Shown piece by piece: positions 28,115-37,485 of a DNA stretch of 52,102 bases. The stretch lies in the NCBI GenBank assembly GCA_965648905.1, contig CBFGIT010000007.1, positions 72,805-124,906 on the forward strand, given 5' to 3'. Each line of letters starts with the position of its first letter. The stretch's first letter is position 1. The notes under the pieces are model-generated. The model was not told where the DNA came from, did no database searches, and saw only the letters and a program-made list of their open reading frames with translations. Source of the DNA: a candidate division WOR-3 bacterium. Its GTDB lineage: Bacteria > Hydrothermota > Tepidihabitantia > Tepidihabitantales > Tepidihabitantaceae. Made by a program: the position numbers and the translations under genes.

Positions 28115-29553
28115 CGGACCACGACCCGACGGCGCACCGCGTCTGTGTCGCGGACAAAATAGGCGCCGGCCCGAAGTCGGTTCGGTTCCACGCGCCTGCC
28201 CAGCACATCGTACCACCGACTGTCAGCCGCGAGAGGCAGGACGACCGCTGCGGTGCTTCTCCTAATCCCGTGGTCGCGCAGCAGTGCCCGCGCCAGTTCC
28301 AGCGCCCGTCGGGCATTGAGCAGGCCAAACCCAAATGTCTGGTCCCGACCTGCGCTGCCCATGTCAATCGCGGCAGCAGCAAGAACCGCCCGCAGGCGGG
28401 CAGTCGTCATCGTCGTGTCGAGCGACAGAACCAACGCAGCCACACCCGCGACCTGGGGCGACGCCATCGATGTTCCGCCGGCAAGTGCATAGCTTCCCCC
28501 GGGCACAGCCGACGGTATGTCCTCGCCCGGAGCGATGAGTTCCTGCTCCGGTCCGCGATTTGAGAATGTTGATATCCGCGAATCAGGCGACAGCGAGCCG
28601 ACCGCAATGCACTCAGCCAGCGCTGCCGGATAGTTGACCGACGCATTGCCTTCGTTGCCGGACGCGGCCACGAGCAACGCGTTCCTGGCCGCAGCATAGC
28701 GACACGCCTCAACGAGCGGGGTCGGTGCTGAGCTTGAACCAAGGCTCATGTTGATTACCCGGCAGCCCCGGTCTGCCGCCCATCTGATGCCAGTGGCGAG
28801 GTCCGACGTGTTGCCGTTGCCCGAATCGTCGAGTACACGTACCGCGAGCAGTTGCGCGCCGGCCCAGCCGGCAATGCCGACGCCATTGTCCACGACCGCG
28901 GCCGCGATGCCGGAAACGTGCGTTCCATGGAAGGCATTTGAAATGCCGGGGTTATCCGGCCTGGGGTCGTTGTCGTTGTTGACAAAGTCGTAGCCCGGCT
29001 CGCCCGGCACGAAGTTAGCGGCAAGGTCGGGATGACTGTAGTCGACGCCGTTGTCCACAATGCCGACCTTGACCCTGCCTGCTCCGGCCAGGTCCCATGC
29101 CTGGTCCGCGTACATCACCCACTTGTCCCACTGATGTGAAAGAAAGTACGGGTCATTGGGGATTCGCGCGGCCCGCACCCGAAGGTCCGGCTCGAAGTAG
29201 CGGATTACCGACACGCGGGCCGCTGAGACCGACAGAACCTGATCGTCAACGGCCGGAGCAAAACCCGCGACGAGGAAGTCGCCGGATTCATCCACGCGCA
29301 GAACCGAGCCACCCTCTTGGCCCACCCAGTAACCAGCCGCGCCCGCCCCGCCCGACTCAAAGCCGACCACATACCGGCCCGGAACCCGGTCAGCAGACAA
29401 CCACGGGCCAGAACAACCGAAGCTGGAAACCTCACCCGACGGTGCGCTCACGAACAGCGCCTCCTGCTCTCGGCACATCAGGAGTTCACGCTGTCCCACA
29501 GCCGGCGCGTCCGGCCTGGGCCACAGGGCAATCAGGGCAACAATCAGGTGCAC
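28111..29553 (-). CDS. S8 subtilisin-like serine peptidase with short T9SS-type C-terminal tail
   Basis: Catalytic triad IVDNG, HGTHVSG, GTSMASP. C-terminus WYDVLGRRV...AGAYFV...RRVVVR. Confidence 0.92.
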   Translation of the reverse strand: MHLIVALIALWPRPDAPAVGQRELLMCREQEALFVSAPSGEVSSFGCSGPWLSADRVPGRYVVGFESGGAGAAGYWVGQEGGSVLRVDESGDFLVAGFAPAVDDQVLSVSAARVSVIRYFEPDLRVRAARIPNDPYFLSHQWDKWVMYADQAWDLAGAGRVKVGIVDNGVDYSHPDLAANFVPGEPGYDFVNNDNDPRPDNPGISNAFHGTHVSGIAAAVVDNGVGIAGWAGAQLLAVRVLDDSGNGNTSDLATGIRWAADRGCRVINMSLGSSSAPTPLVEACRYAAARNALLVAASGNEGNASVNYPAALAECIAVGSLSPDSRISTFSNRGPEQELIAPGEDIPSAVPGGSYALAGGTSMASPQVAGVAALVLSLDTTMTTARLRAVLAAAAIDMGSAGRDQTFGFGLLNARRALELARALLRDHGIRRSTAAVVLPLAADSRWYDVLGRRVEPNRLRAGAYFVRDTDAVRRRVVVR

Positions 29554-29556
29554 ATC

Positions 29557-30222
29557 TTACTCCAGTACGAATCTCACCCAGCAGGTCTTTGTACCTGAGC
29601 CGCTGTTGGCGAAGACCAGATAGAACCTGCCCGTAGCCGGCACAGCCTGGCTCATGCTCAGCTCTGCGAACTGACTGCGGCTGAACAGGGCAGTGTAGGC
29701 TCGGCCGGCCTTGAACTCGACGTACTGGGCCGAATCCAGCCAGGCAAAGGTCGAGAGCGTCCCGCCCGAGTTCACCCGAACACTGCCGGAAAGCGTGTCG
29801 CCCAGTAGGGCATCGAATGGCACGGACTGGTACCTGCCCTGCTGGACCTCGACCGAGCCGTGATACACGCTCCGCTGGCCGACGGCTGCTATCTGGACCA
29901 AGATGGTATCACCGTAGCCCTTGTTGCCGGCCAGGTCGTAGGCGACGCAGCTCAACTGGTGCCAGCTCCGTTCGGCCAGCCCGTCGGTGTTCCAGCTTAC
30001 GGTGTAGGGCGAGTCGGTCTTGGTTGCGAAGACGGCGCCGTCTACCAGGAACTCGACCTTGAGCACGCCTACACTGTCGTGAGCATCGACCTGAATCGGC
30101 ACGGTTCCGCTCACGAGCGCAGAATCGGCCGGGTTCGTTATCCGGCAGCTCGGCGGAGAGGTGTCCTTGAGGCGAAACAGGTCGCAGCCGACAGCCCAGA
30201 GCAGACCCACGGCAGCAAACAC
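29557..30222 (-). CDS. Lipoprotein with bacterial Ig-like domain
   Basis: Lipobox AVGC. DTSPP..ITNP...VEFLVDG...PY..WNT...AYDLAGN Ig-like motif. Confidence 0.78.
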   Translation of the reverse strand: MFAAVGLLWAVGCDLFRLKDTSPPSCRITNPADSALVSGTVPIQVDAHDSVGVLKVEFLVDGAVFATKTDSPYTVSWNTDGLAERSWHQLSCVAYDLAGNKGYGDTILVQIAAVGQRSVYHGSVEVQQGRYQSVPFDALLGDTLSGSVRVNSGGTLSTFAWLDSAQYVEFKAGRAYTALFSRSQFAELSMSQAVPATGRFYLVFANSGSGTKTCWVRFVLE

Positions 30223-30265
30223 TGTCCAGCCAACACTGAGCCGACCGGTGATTCTCGGGTTTACG

Positions 30266-31645
30266 CTACAGCTCGTACTCTTCTCCCAGTTCAGGTATCA
30301 ACACTTCTCGGATGCCGAGCGCCTTGAGCGGCTCGACCATCGCACTGGCCGCGACCAGTTCCGAATGGACAATGAAGACCTTCTTGAGCCGCAGCAGGTT
30401 CATACCGGCAACGTATTCAAGCAAACCCTTCCGGTCAGCATGGGCACTGAACTCGTCCATCACCACGACCTCGGCCCGACGTTCGCATTCTTCGCCGAAT
30501 ATCCTCACGACTTGCTGCCCTTCGGCCAGCCGGCGACCCAGGGTATGCTCAGCCTGAAACGAAACCAGCAGCACCAGATTCCGCTCATCCCCAATCGAGT
30601 ACTTCAAGTGATGCAGGACCCGGCCCGCTTCGCACATGCCCGAGGCAGAGATAATGATACACGATTCCCGACTGATGTTAAGCGCCTTCGACTCCTCCAC
30701 GGTCTCGACGTAACGCAACTCCGGGAAGTCAAACAGAAACCGGCTGCCGTTCAGGAGTGCCAGCGCCTCCTCATCATAGTACTGAGGGTAGTTGCGGTAG
30801 ACTTCAGTGACGCGGGTGGCAAGCGGACTATCGACATAGACCGGTATCGCCGGAATGCTGCCGGCCTGGCGCAGCCGGTTCAGAGTGTAAACGATTTCCT
30901 GAGACCGCTCGACTGCAAACGCCGGGATGATGATGCGCCCGGCCCGCGCGTAGACGCGATTGACCACTTCGGCCAGCTTCTCGCCCACGTCCTCGTAGTT
31001 ACCATGCAGCCGGTCGCCGTAGGTCGCCTCCATAATCAGATAGTCAGCCTCCTGCACCTGAATCGGGTCCCGGATGATCGGCATCTTCCTGCGGCCCAGG
31101 TCACCGGTGAAGAGCACCCGCCTGCCCTCAACCTCGATGTCGACCAAGGCCGAGCCAAGGATGTGTCCGGCGTCGTGCAGCACGACCTTGAAGTTACCCA
31201 GCTTACGCGGCCGGGCGTACGGCACGCCCTCGATGTAGCGCACCGACTCCCGGGCATCCTCAACCGTGTACACGGGCTCTTTAGGCGGTTCTCCCCGCTC
31301 GCGCCGCTTCTTGTTCAGGTATCTGATGTCCGCTTCCTGAATGCTGGCCGAGTCTTCGAGCAGCAGTCGGGCAAGAGCCGCCGTGCCCTGAGTCATCACC
31401 ATTGGCCCGCGAAACCCGCGCCTCACCAGATTCGGGACATTGCCGACATGGTCGATATGGGCGTGACTGACAACGCAATAGTTCACCTCGCGTGCCTTGA
31501 ACGGCAGGTTCCGGTTGGTGTGCTCGGCCTCTTCCCGGTGTCCCTGAAACAATCCGCACTCCAGCAGCAGCTTCTGCCTGCCAGAAGTAAGCAGGTGCTT
31601 GGACCCGGTGACTGTGCGTACCCCGCCCCAGAACCGTATCTTCAC
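30266..31645 (-). CDS. MBL-fold beta-CASP ribonuclease (YSH1-like)
   Basis: VTGSKH, SHAHIDH, AGHILGS, FTGDLG, EATYG, SGMCEAGR and FSAHAD. Confidence 0.93.
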   Translation of the reverse strand: MKIRFWGGVRTVTGSKHLLTSGRQKLLLECGLFQGHREEAEHTNRNLPFKAREVNYCVVSHAHIDHVGNVPNLVRRGFRGPMVMTQGTAALARLLLEDSASIQEADIRYLNKKRRERGEPPKEPVYTVEDARESVRYIEGVPYARPRKLGNFKVVLHDAGHILGSALVDIEVEGRRVLFTGDLGRRKMPIIRDPIQVQEADYLIMEATYGDRLHGNYEDVGEKLAEVVNRVYARAGRIIIPAFAVERSQEIVYTLNRLRQAGSIPAIPVYVDSPLATRVTEVYRNYPQYYDEEALALLNGSRFLFDFPELRYVETVEESKALNISRESCIIISASGMCEAGRVLHHLKYSIGDERNLVLLVSFQAEHTLGRRLAEGQQVVRIFGEECERRAEVVVMDEFSAHADRKGLLEYVAGMNLLRLKKVFIVHSELVAASAMVEPLKALGIREVLIPELGEEYEL

Positions 31646-32496
31646 GTTGCGGCCTGTGGGGTCGCAAGCTTCCTGACAACTCTCATGTTTCGTCGGTCGT
31701 CGGCGTCGTTCGTGCGCGGTGTCTCCATCACTGCCGGCAGGTTGCGCAACAGAGGGTGATTCACGATACCCTTGATTCCGTCGCGGCCGATTCTGCCCTT
31801 ACCGATGTGCCAGTGCCGGTCCACGCGCGAACCGAGTTCGGTCTTTGAGTCGTTCAGATGAACGAGGTGTAACCGTCCCAGCCCGATCGTTCGATCGAAC
31901 TCGCGCAGCGCGGCATCGAGTCCGGCCCTGGTACGCAGGTCATAACCGGCCTCAAATGCGTGCGCGGTGTCGAGCACGACGCCCAACCGGTCCCGCTGCT
32001 CGACCTGGCCGATGATGGCGGCTATCTGCTCGAATCGATACCCGACTTCCGAGCCCATGCCGGCGGTGTTCTCAAGCAGGACCTTGCCCTGATTCGAAGC
32101 AGCGGAGAGAATCCGGTTGAGTTGGTCTGCGACTTGTGCCATTGCCGCTTGCTCAGAAGCTCCTATCGCCTTACCCACATGGCAGATGAGATAGTCGATG
32201 CCCAGAACCCGGCACCGCTCCATCTGTTCGACCAGAGCATCGAGCGTCTTGCGGGCATACGTCTTCTCGGTTGCGGCCAGATTCGGCAGGTACGGTGCGT
32301 GCACAAACACCGGCGAGATGTCCGACTCCCGGATGTCATGGCGGAACCGAGCCACGTCCTCTTCGTCCAGTTCGGCTGCTGCCCAGCCGCGCGGGTTGGA
32401 CGAGAACAACTGGATGGTTTCACACCCGAGCTTCTCGGCCCGGGCCCGGACATTGGCAAAGCCGCCGGCAATCGAAACGTGGAATCCGAATCTCAA
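31642..32496 (-). CDS. nfo: Endonuclease IV
   Basis: GFHVSIAGG, HAPYLPNLA, LENTAG, LDTAH, HLNDSK, DRHWHIG and METP. Confidence 0.96.
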   Translation of the reverse strand: MRFGFHVSIAGGFANVRARAEKLGCETIQLFSSNPRGWAAAELDEEDVARFRHDIRESDISPVFVHAPYLPNLAATEKTYARKTLDALVEQMERCRVLGIDYLICHVGKAIGASEQAAMAQVADQLNRILSAASNQGKVLLENTAGMGSEVGYRFEQIAAIIGQVEQRDRLGVVLDTAHAFEAGYDLRTRAGLDAALREFDRTIGLGRLHLVHLNDSKTELGSRVDRHWHIGKGRIGRDGIKGIVNHPLLRNLPAVMETPRTNDADDRRNMRVVRKLATPQAAT

Positions 32497-32506
32497 GACC
32501 GAGAGA

Positions 32507-32582
32507 ATCCTAGGCCGAGCGCGGCAATAGTCAACAAACAGCAGTCGGTGAAGGTTGACCTAGACCCGAATCGGACTAGTAT
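32507..32582. promoter_or_regulatory. Divergent promoters (nfo operon / TonB-dependent receptor)
   Basis: Minus strand: TTGACT-16-TAGGAT (32534-32507). Plus strand: TTGACC-16-TAGTAT (32555-32582). Confidence 0.65.
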
Positions 32583-32628
32583 CAATCAGGTAACTCCTGT
32601 AGGCGGCCGCATAAGAACGGAGGCGTCC

Positions 32629-35100
32629 GTGTTGGAAGAACGTCAGGCAGCGAGCGTTCAAGCGCTGCGTCTGTCTGCAGGTCTCGTGCTCCTGCTGGTA
32701 CTTGCCGGCACCGCGCCGGCCCAGCCTGGAACCGCGACCATCACCGGCCGGATTCTTGATGTCACCGAGCAGACCCCGGTCGAATTCGCCAATGTCGTGC
32801 TCTACCGCCTGCCTGATTCCGAACAGGTTACGGGCACGGTCACCGACGCCTCGGGCAGCTTCAGACTGACCGGTGTCAGGCCAGGGAAGTACTTTCTCGA
32901 ACTCTCTTTCATCGGCTATCGCACCCGCCGGGTGCCTGAGCTTGAGTGTACGGCCGATGCGACCCTTGACCTTGGTCGGTTTCTCATGGAACAGGCTCCG
33001 GTTCCGGTTTCAGGCGTCGAGGCCACGGCCGAGAAGCCTGCTCTCTCCTACGAACTCGACCGCAAGGTCATCGAAGTCAGCAAACTCCCCAACGCCTCGA
33101 CCGGCACCGCAGTCGACGCCTTGCGCAACGTCCCCTCGGTCAAGGTCGATATCGAGGACAACGTCACCCTGCGCGGCAGCTCGAACTACAAGGTGCTGAT
33201 TGACGGCCGGCCCTCAGACCTGGACGGCAGCGAAGCCCTGAAGCAGATTCCAGCCGCGACCATCGAGAAGATCGAACTCATCACCAACCCTTCAGCCAAG
33301 TACGAGCCGGACGGTTCGGCCGGAATCATCAACGTCATCCTTAAGAAGCAGAAAGGTCGTGGCATCTCTTCGCTCCTCAACGCCAATGCCGGCCTGGACA
33401 AGGGCTACGGTGGGGATGTCATGTTCGGATACAAGCAGGGCATCGCCGATGCCTATGTCGGCGGCAACTTCAACCGCTGGGAATCAGGTAACCGGCGCGA
33501 GAGCGAGCGACGGGTGTTCAGCACAACCGAGACCCTGGTCACATCCCGCAGCAACGCCGGCAGTTGGAGTCCCAGGTTCGGCGGGGTCCGGGCCGGGCTT
33601 GGCCTGCAACTTGGCCCGAACGACAAGACCACGCTCACCGCCCGCTACGGGACCTTTGACTTCCACAACTCGGGCACAGGCCGCGTGACCGAGCACTGGC
33701 TGCCCGTTGGCCCAACACGTGAGTACCTGACTGCCCAAGGATGGCTGTGGGACAACCGGTACCTGTTCGGCATGGCCGACCACGAGCACAGTTTCGACAC
33801 CGCCGGACACAAGCTTGCGGCCCGCGCCTATGTCGTGAACCGCGAAGGCCGCAGCAGCACGCTCGAACAGGAGATGGCACTCAGCGGTGACACCACCCGC
33901 GGCCGCCGTACCGACGAGACGGGCCCGTGGCGCATGTTGAGGTTCGAGTCTGAGTATGTGCTGCCGGTGAACCAGAGCCACAAACTCGAAGCCGGACTCG
34001 AAGCCCGGCTTCAGCGCATCGACCAGAAGTACGAAGTCGAACTCTACGACTCGCTGGCACGGAAATACAAACTCGACGCGCTGTCCAGCCATCCTTACTT
34101 CGGCACTGAGAACATCTACTCCGCGTACGCCACCTGGTCATGGAACTGGCGCAAGCTCGGGGTCCAGCCCGGGCTGCGCGGCGAGTACGGCAACCGGGTC
34201 ATTGACATCGCGGACATGGACAGCACCTGGCAGGTCAGGCGCTGGGACATCTTTCCCACCGTGCACCTCTCTTACAGCCTGCCGGCAAATCAGCAGGTCA
34301 CAGCCAGCTACTCGCGCCGCGTCAACCGGCCCGGCCCGGTGGAGTTGCGTCCGTTCCTAAGCTGGCAGAACGCATACTCAGCCAACCGGGGCAATCCGCT
34401 CCTGCGGCCCGATTACGTCAACTCCTGGGAAGCCGGGTACGAGCTGCCCTTCGGCTCGAACAACCTCACTGCCGAGCTCTACTACCGCACCACGGCCGAC
34501 ATGTCTGAGTGGGTCAATACGAGACTTCCGCCGCCGGATACAAACGTGCTCCTGAGCACGACAGCAAACGTCGGTGCTGACCGTTCAATCGGTGTCGAGT
34601 TCTCGGCCAATCTGAGTCCGGTCAAGTGGCTTAACGCATTCCTCACCGCGGACGTAAGCGACTACCGCGAATGGGGCGAGCTCCTGACCGACACATTTAG
34701 CCGCCGCATCTTCTACTGGAACAGCTCGGGTAACCTGATGCTCTTTCTCTCGACCAGCACCATGGTCCAGCTCAACGGCAACTTCTCCGGCCCATGGATA
34801 ACCGCTCAAGGCCGTGGCGACGGCTGGTTATCCCTTGACGCCGCGCTCAGGCAGACATTCCTCAACCGTGCGCTCTCGGTTACGCTCAAGGTCGGCGACA
34901 TCCTCGGCGACCGGCCAAATCGGAACACGACCGAAGGCCCTGGCTTCTCCGGCTGGTCAACCTGGACCGGTCGAGGCCGGGTGCTCAGCCTTGCTCTGAG
35001 CTATAACTTCAACAGCTTCCGCCTCGACCCCAAGATGCGCGAAGGCGAAGGCATTGAGATGCAGGGCGGCGGTGGAGCAGACCCGGGCGGCGGCCGCTAG
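32629..35100 (+). CDS. TonB-dependent receptor with carboxypeptidase-regulatory-like N-domain
   Basis: Start reset to the GTG after GGAGG. ITGRILD...FANVVL...SFIGY, plug IELITNPSAKY..G.AGIINVIL, barrel SYSRRVNRP...GNP.LRP. Confidence 0.9.
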   Translation: MLEERQAASVQALRLSAGLVLLLVLAGTAPAQPGTATITGRILDVTEQTPVEFANVVLYRLPDSEQVTGTVTDASGSFRLTGVRPGKYFLELSFIGYRTRRVPELECTADATLDLGRFLMEQAPVPVSGVEATAEKPALSYELDRKVIEVSKLPNASTGTAVDALRNVPSVKVDIEDNVTLRGSSNYKVLIDGRPSDLDGSEALKQIPAATIEKIELITNPSAKYEPDGSAGIINVILKKQKGRGISSLLNANAGLDKGYGGDVMFGYKQGIADAYVGGNFNRWESGNRRESERRVFSTTETLVTSRSNAGSWSPRFGGVRAGLGLQLGPNDKTTLTARYGTFDFHNSGTGRVTEHWLPVGPTREYLTAQGWLWDNRYLFGMADHEHSFDTAGHKLAARAYVVNREGRSSTLEQEMALSGDTTRGRRTDETGPWRMLRFESEYVLPVNQSHKLEAGLEARLQRIDQKYEVELYDSLARKYKLDALSSHPYFGTENIYSAYATWSWNWRKLGVQPGLRGEYGNRVIDIADMDSTWQVRRWDIFPTVHLSYSLPANQQVTASYSRRVNRPGPVELRPFLSWQNAYSANRGNPLLRPDYVNSWEAGYELPFGSNNLTAELYYRTTADMSEWVNTRLPPPDTNVLLSTTANVGADRSIGVEFSANLSPVKWLNAFLTADVSDYREWGELLTDTFSRRIFYWNSSGNLMLFLSTSTMVQLNGNFSGPWITAQGRGDGWLSLDAALRQTFLNRALSVTLKVGDILGDRPNRNTTEGPGFSGWSTWTGRGRVLSLALSYNFNSFRLDPKMREGEGIEMQGGGGADPGGGR

Positions 35101-35175
35101 CACGCAGCATTCCGGCAGGGCACCAACAGCCTGCCGCTCGCAATCCGGCAACCGGCCCATATTCCGGCTTCGGAG

Positions 35176-35451
35176 CTGCTCCTGGGCTTGCTCTTGGTTC
35201 TGGCTCCAGGCCCGGCTGGCCATGCGGACTTAGACTCGCTCGCCAGCGCGCAATTTCGTCTGCTCAGATGCACGCTGACTATGCTGCTGCCTTGTGTGTC
35301 CGACATCCCGCCTTCGGGCCTGCCGGTCGGAATGCTGGCTCAAGTGGGAAACAACCTGCCATTCTGCCTGCTGGTCAGTCTGGCAGGGGGAGCGACTCCC
35401 GGAGTCGCTCCGGATAGTGCGACCGAGGCCGGACTCGGAATGCGACTTCTG
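35176..35451 (+). repeat. Degenerate 12-bp-period tract (23 units)
   Basis: The first 19 consecutive 12-mers all begin NYG (ctgctcctgggc/ttgctcttggtt/ctggctccaggc...). Contains the perfect inverted repeat ggagcgactcc-c-ggagtcgctcc (35389-35411). Confidence 0.78.
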
Positions 35452-35455
35452 GCCG

Positions 35456-35479
35456 TAAGCCTCAGCATTGCGCAAGTTA
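35456..35479. promoter_or_regulatory. 24-bp variant of the TAA...TTA box
   Basis: (g)taagcctcagcattgcgcaagtta(g), directly after the periodic tract. Confidence 0.5.
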
Positions 35480-35562
35480 GGCTACAGGCCAGCGAGTGAC
35501 AGGCAGGTGCTGGCTCCAGACTGGCCTGCGGCAAGCGCTCTTTCTCCGGGTTCGTCTGCCGC

Positions 35563-35590
35563 TTGACTTGTGTGCATGTCTGTCTATCAT
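35563..35590 (+). promoter_or_regulatory. Sigma70-type promoter
   Basis: TTGACT-16bp-TATCAT, 9 nt before ATG 35600. Confidence 0.7.
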
Positions 35591-35599
35591 CAGCGTCAG

Positions 35600-36349
35600 A
35601 TGGCTGTGCAACTGCCGCGCAATCTGAATGCCCTTGTCGAATCTGCAGTCCGCCACTTCTGGAACACACGCTCGACTCAGGCCCGCAGGCAGAAGCAGGG
35701 CGGCAGCGCTGACCAGGGAGCGCGCAGTGCGGTCACCGGCGGCGCGCAGATGGACGGATTCATCGACCTGTTTGCCCGGCTTGCGCTGAGGTCAGGGGCG
35801 CGGCCTCACGACGTGCTGCAAGGCAAGAACGCCGAGCTACCCGGCTGTCTTGCCCTCAGGAGACGTTGGGACCTACTGGTGATGCACGACAGCCAGATTC
35901 TCTGCGCCTTCAAGTTTGCCTGTACGACACTTCCCGCCAGCAATGACGCGGTAGCGTCTCTGGCCGATAACGCAGTAGGCTCAGCCTTTGACTTCTGGCG
36001 CGCATATGGTCGCGGCGCGCTGAACCACGATATCAAGCCTTGGCTCGGGTACCTGCTGCTGGTTGTAGGACTAAGTGACGCATCGAACCGCGCCCCAAGA
36101 CGCAGTAGACAGCCTAGTACAAAACTTGATGCCGCTGAGTACGGGGCTCTCTGCCGCAACCTAGTGCGCAATCGGTTCTACGACGGAGCAGCGCTCCTAC
36201 TCGTGGGCCCAGGAGGCAACTACAGCCAACCTGCCCAAGACCTTGGGCTCGAATGCCTTTGTCGATTCCTAGTCTGCTACACAGCAGTCTGCGCGGCCGA
36301 GCCGACTTCGGCTGAAACCGGTCAAAGCAGACGACAGACCGTTCCTTGA
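35600..36349 (+). CDS. PaeR7I/XhoI-family restriction-endonuclease homologue, catalytic motif degenerate
   Basis: AVRHFWNTR...DQGARSAVTGGAQMDGF...LPG...WDLLV...PWLGYL match the family as I recall it. The expected ExK motif reads FKFAC. Confidence 0.75.
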   Translation: MAVQLPRNLNALVESAVRHFWNTRSTQARRQKQGGSADQGARSAVTGGAQMDGFIDLFARLALRSGARPHDVLQGKNAELPGCLALRRRWDLLVMHDSQILCAFKFACTTLPASNDAVASLADNAVGSAFDFWRAYGRGALNHDIKPWLGYLLLVVGLSDASNRAPRRSRQPSTKLDAAEYGALCRNLVRNRFYDGAALLLVGPGGNYSQPAQDLGLECLCRFLVCYTAVCAAEPTSAETGQSRRQTVP

Positions 36350-36364
36350 AAGGAGTCAAAGTCG

Positions 36365-37273
36365 ATGGCAGTTCCTGATTACCAGTCTCTCATGCTACCA
36401 CTCCTCCGACTGGCCGCCGACGGCAAAGACCACGCCCTACGCGATGCCATCGAGAAGCTGGCCGAGCAGTTTCGGCTCTCTCCAGAGGACAGGGAGGAAA
36501 TGCTACCCAGCGGCACGCAAAGGAAGTTCGACAACCGCGTCGGCTGGGCGCGAACCTACATGCAGAAGGCAGGGCTGCTCGACAGGCCCAGGCGGGGCTA
36601 TCTCCGTATCACCGAACGCGGACGCGACGTACTGCTGACCGAACCGGAACGCATCGATGTCGACTTCCTGAAGCAGTACCCTGAATTTCTGGCGTTTCAG
36701 ACCGCATCCCGACCGGAACCGCTGGAGACTGCTGCTTCGACGAAGCAGACGGACCAGACGCCCGAAGAGCTCTTGGAATCCAGCTACCAGGAACTTCGTG
36801 ACAACTTGGCCCAGAAGCTGCTTGAGAAGACCAAGAACTGCTCACCTGAGTTCTTTGAGCAGCTTGTCGTGGACCTGCTTGTCGCGATGGGCTATGGCGG
36901 TTCGCGTAAGGACGCAGGCAAGTCCGTCGGCCGCACCGGCGATGGCGGCGTTGACGGGGTCATCAACGAGGACCGTCTGGGCCTCGACGTGATCTACGTT
37001 CAGGCCAAGCGATGGAAAGGCACCGTTGGTCGACCGGTCGTTCAGACATTCGCCGGCAGCCTCGAAGGCTACCGCGCTCGTAAGGGCGTGCTCATCACAA
37101 CCTCCAGATTCTCTGATGACGCACTGGAGTACGTACGCCAGATTGAGAGGAAGATAGTGTTGATAGACGGCCAGCGTCTGACCCAGCTCATGATCGACCA
37201 CGGCGTCGGCGTCACTGAGGACAGAACGTTCGCTGTCAAGCGAATGGATTCAGACTACTTCGAGATGGAGTGA
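36365..37273 (+). CDS. mrr: Mrr restriction system protein (type IV)
   Basis: MAVPDYQSLMLPLL, NRVGWARTY, FFEQLVVDLL.AMGYG, DGGVDG, QAKRW, KGVLITTS and LIDG. Confidence 0.96.
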   Translation: MAVPDYQSLMLPLLRLAADGKDHALRDAIEKLAEQFRLSPEDREEMLPSGTQRKFDNRVGWARTYMQKAGLLDRPRRGYLRITERGRDVLLTEPERIDVDFLKQYPEFLAFQTASRPEPLETAASTKQTDQTPEELLESSYQELRDNLAQKLLEKTKNCSPEFFEQLVVDLLVAMGYGGSRKDAGKSVGRTGDGGVDGVINEDRLGLDVIYVQAKRWKGTVGRPVVQTFAGSLEGYRARKGVLITTSRFSDDALEYVRQIERKIVLIDGQRLTQLMIDHGVGVTEDRTFAVKRMDSDYFEME

Positions 37274-37485
37274 CCCGCCGGTACGTCGCCGCGGAGTCGC
37301 TTGCCCCCGCAGGCGCCGCCGCTGTCGCCGACGCATTGCCCCGCGAAGTCGCCCGCGGGCCCCGCACTCTCGGTCAGTGCTCAAGTCGACGCAGGCGTTC
37401 TTGACTTGCCCCGGCGCGGCGCTGCCATGAGTTCCGGGCCACCGCCGGAACTGCTGCCGCACGTCGCGGCAGACCGCCGGCCGGT

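Noticed and set aside
30161..31759. 532-aa plus-strand ORF
   Set aside because: Antisense shadow of the MBL ribonuclease, with no motifs. Such ORFs are expected in GC-rich DNA.
31960..32628. 223-aa N-terminal extension of the TonB-dependent receptor ORF
   Set aside because: Overlaps nfo on the opposite strand. The promoter, Shine-Dalgarno and signal peptide indicate a start at 32629.
37274..37485. GC-rich hairpins between mrr and the Ntn hydrolase
   Set aside because: Short stems are expected at this GC content. No U-tract or recognisable RNA motif.
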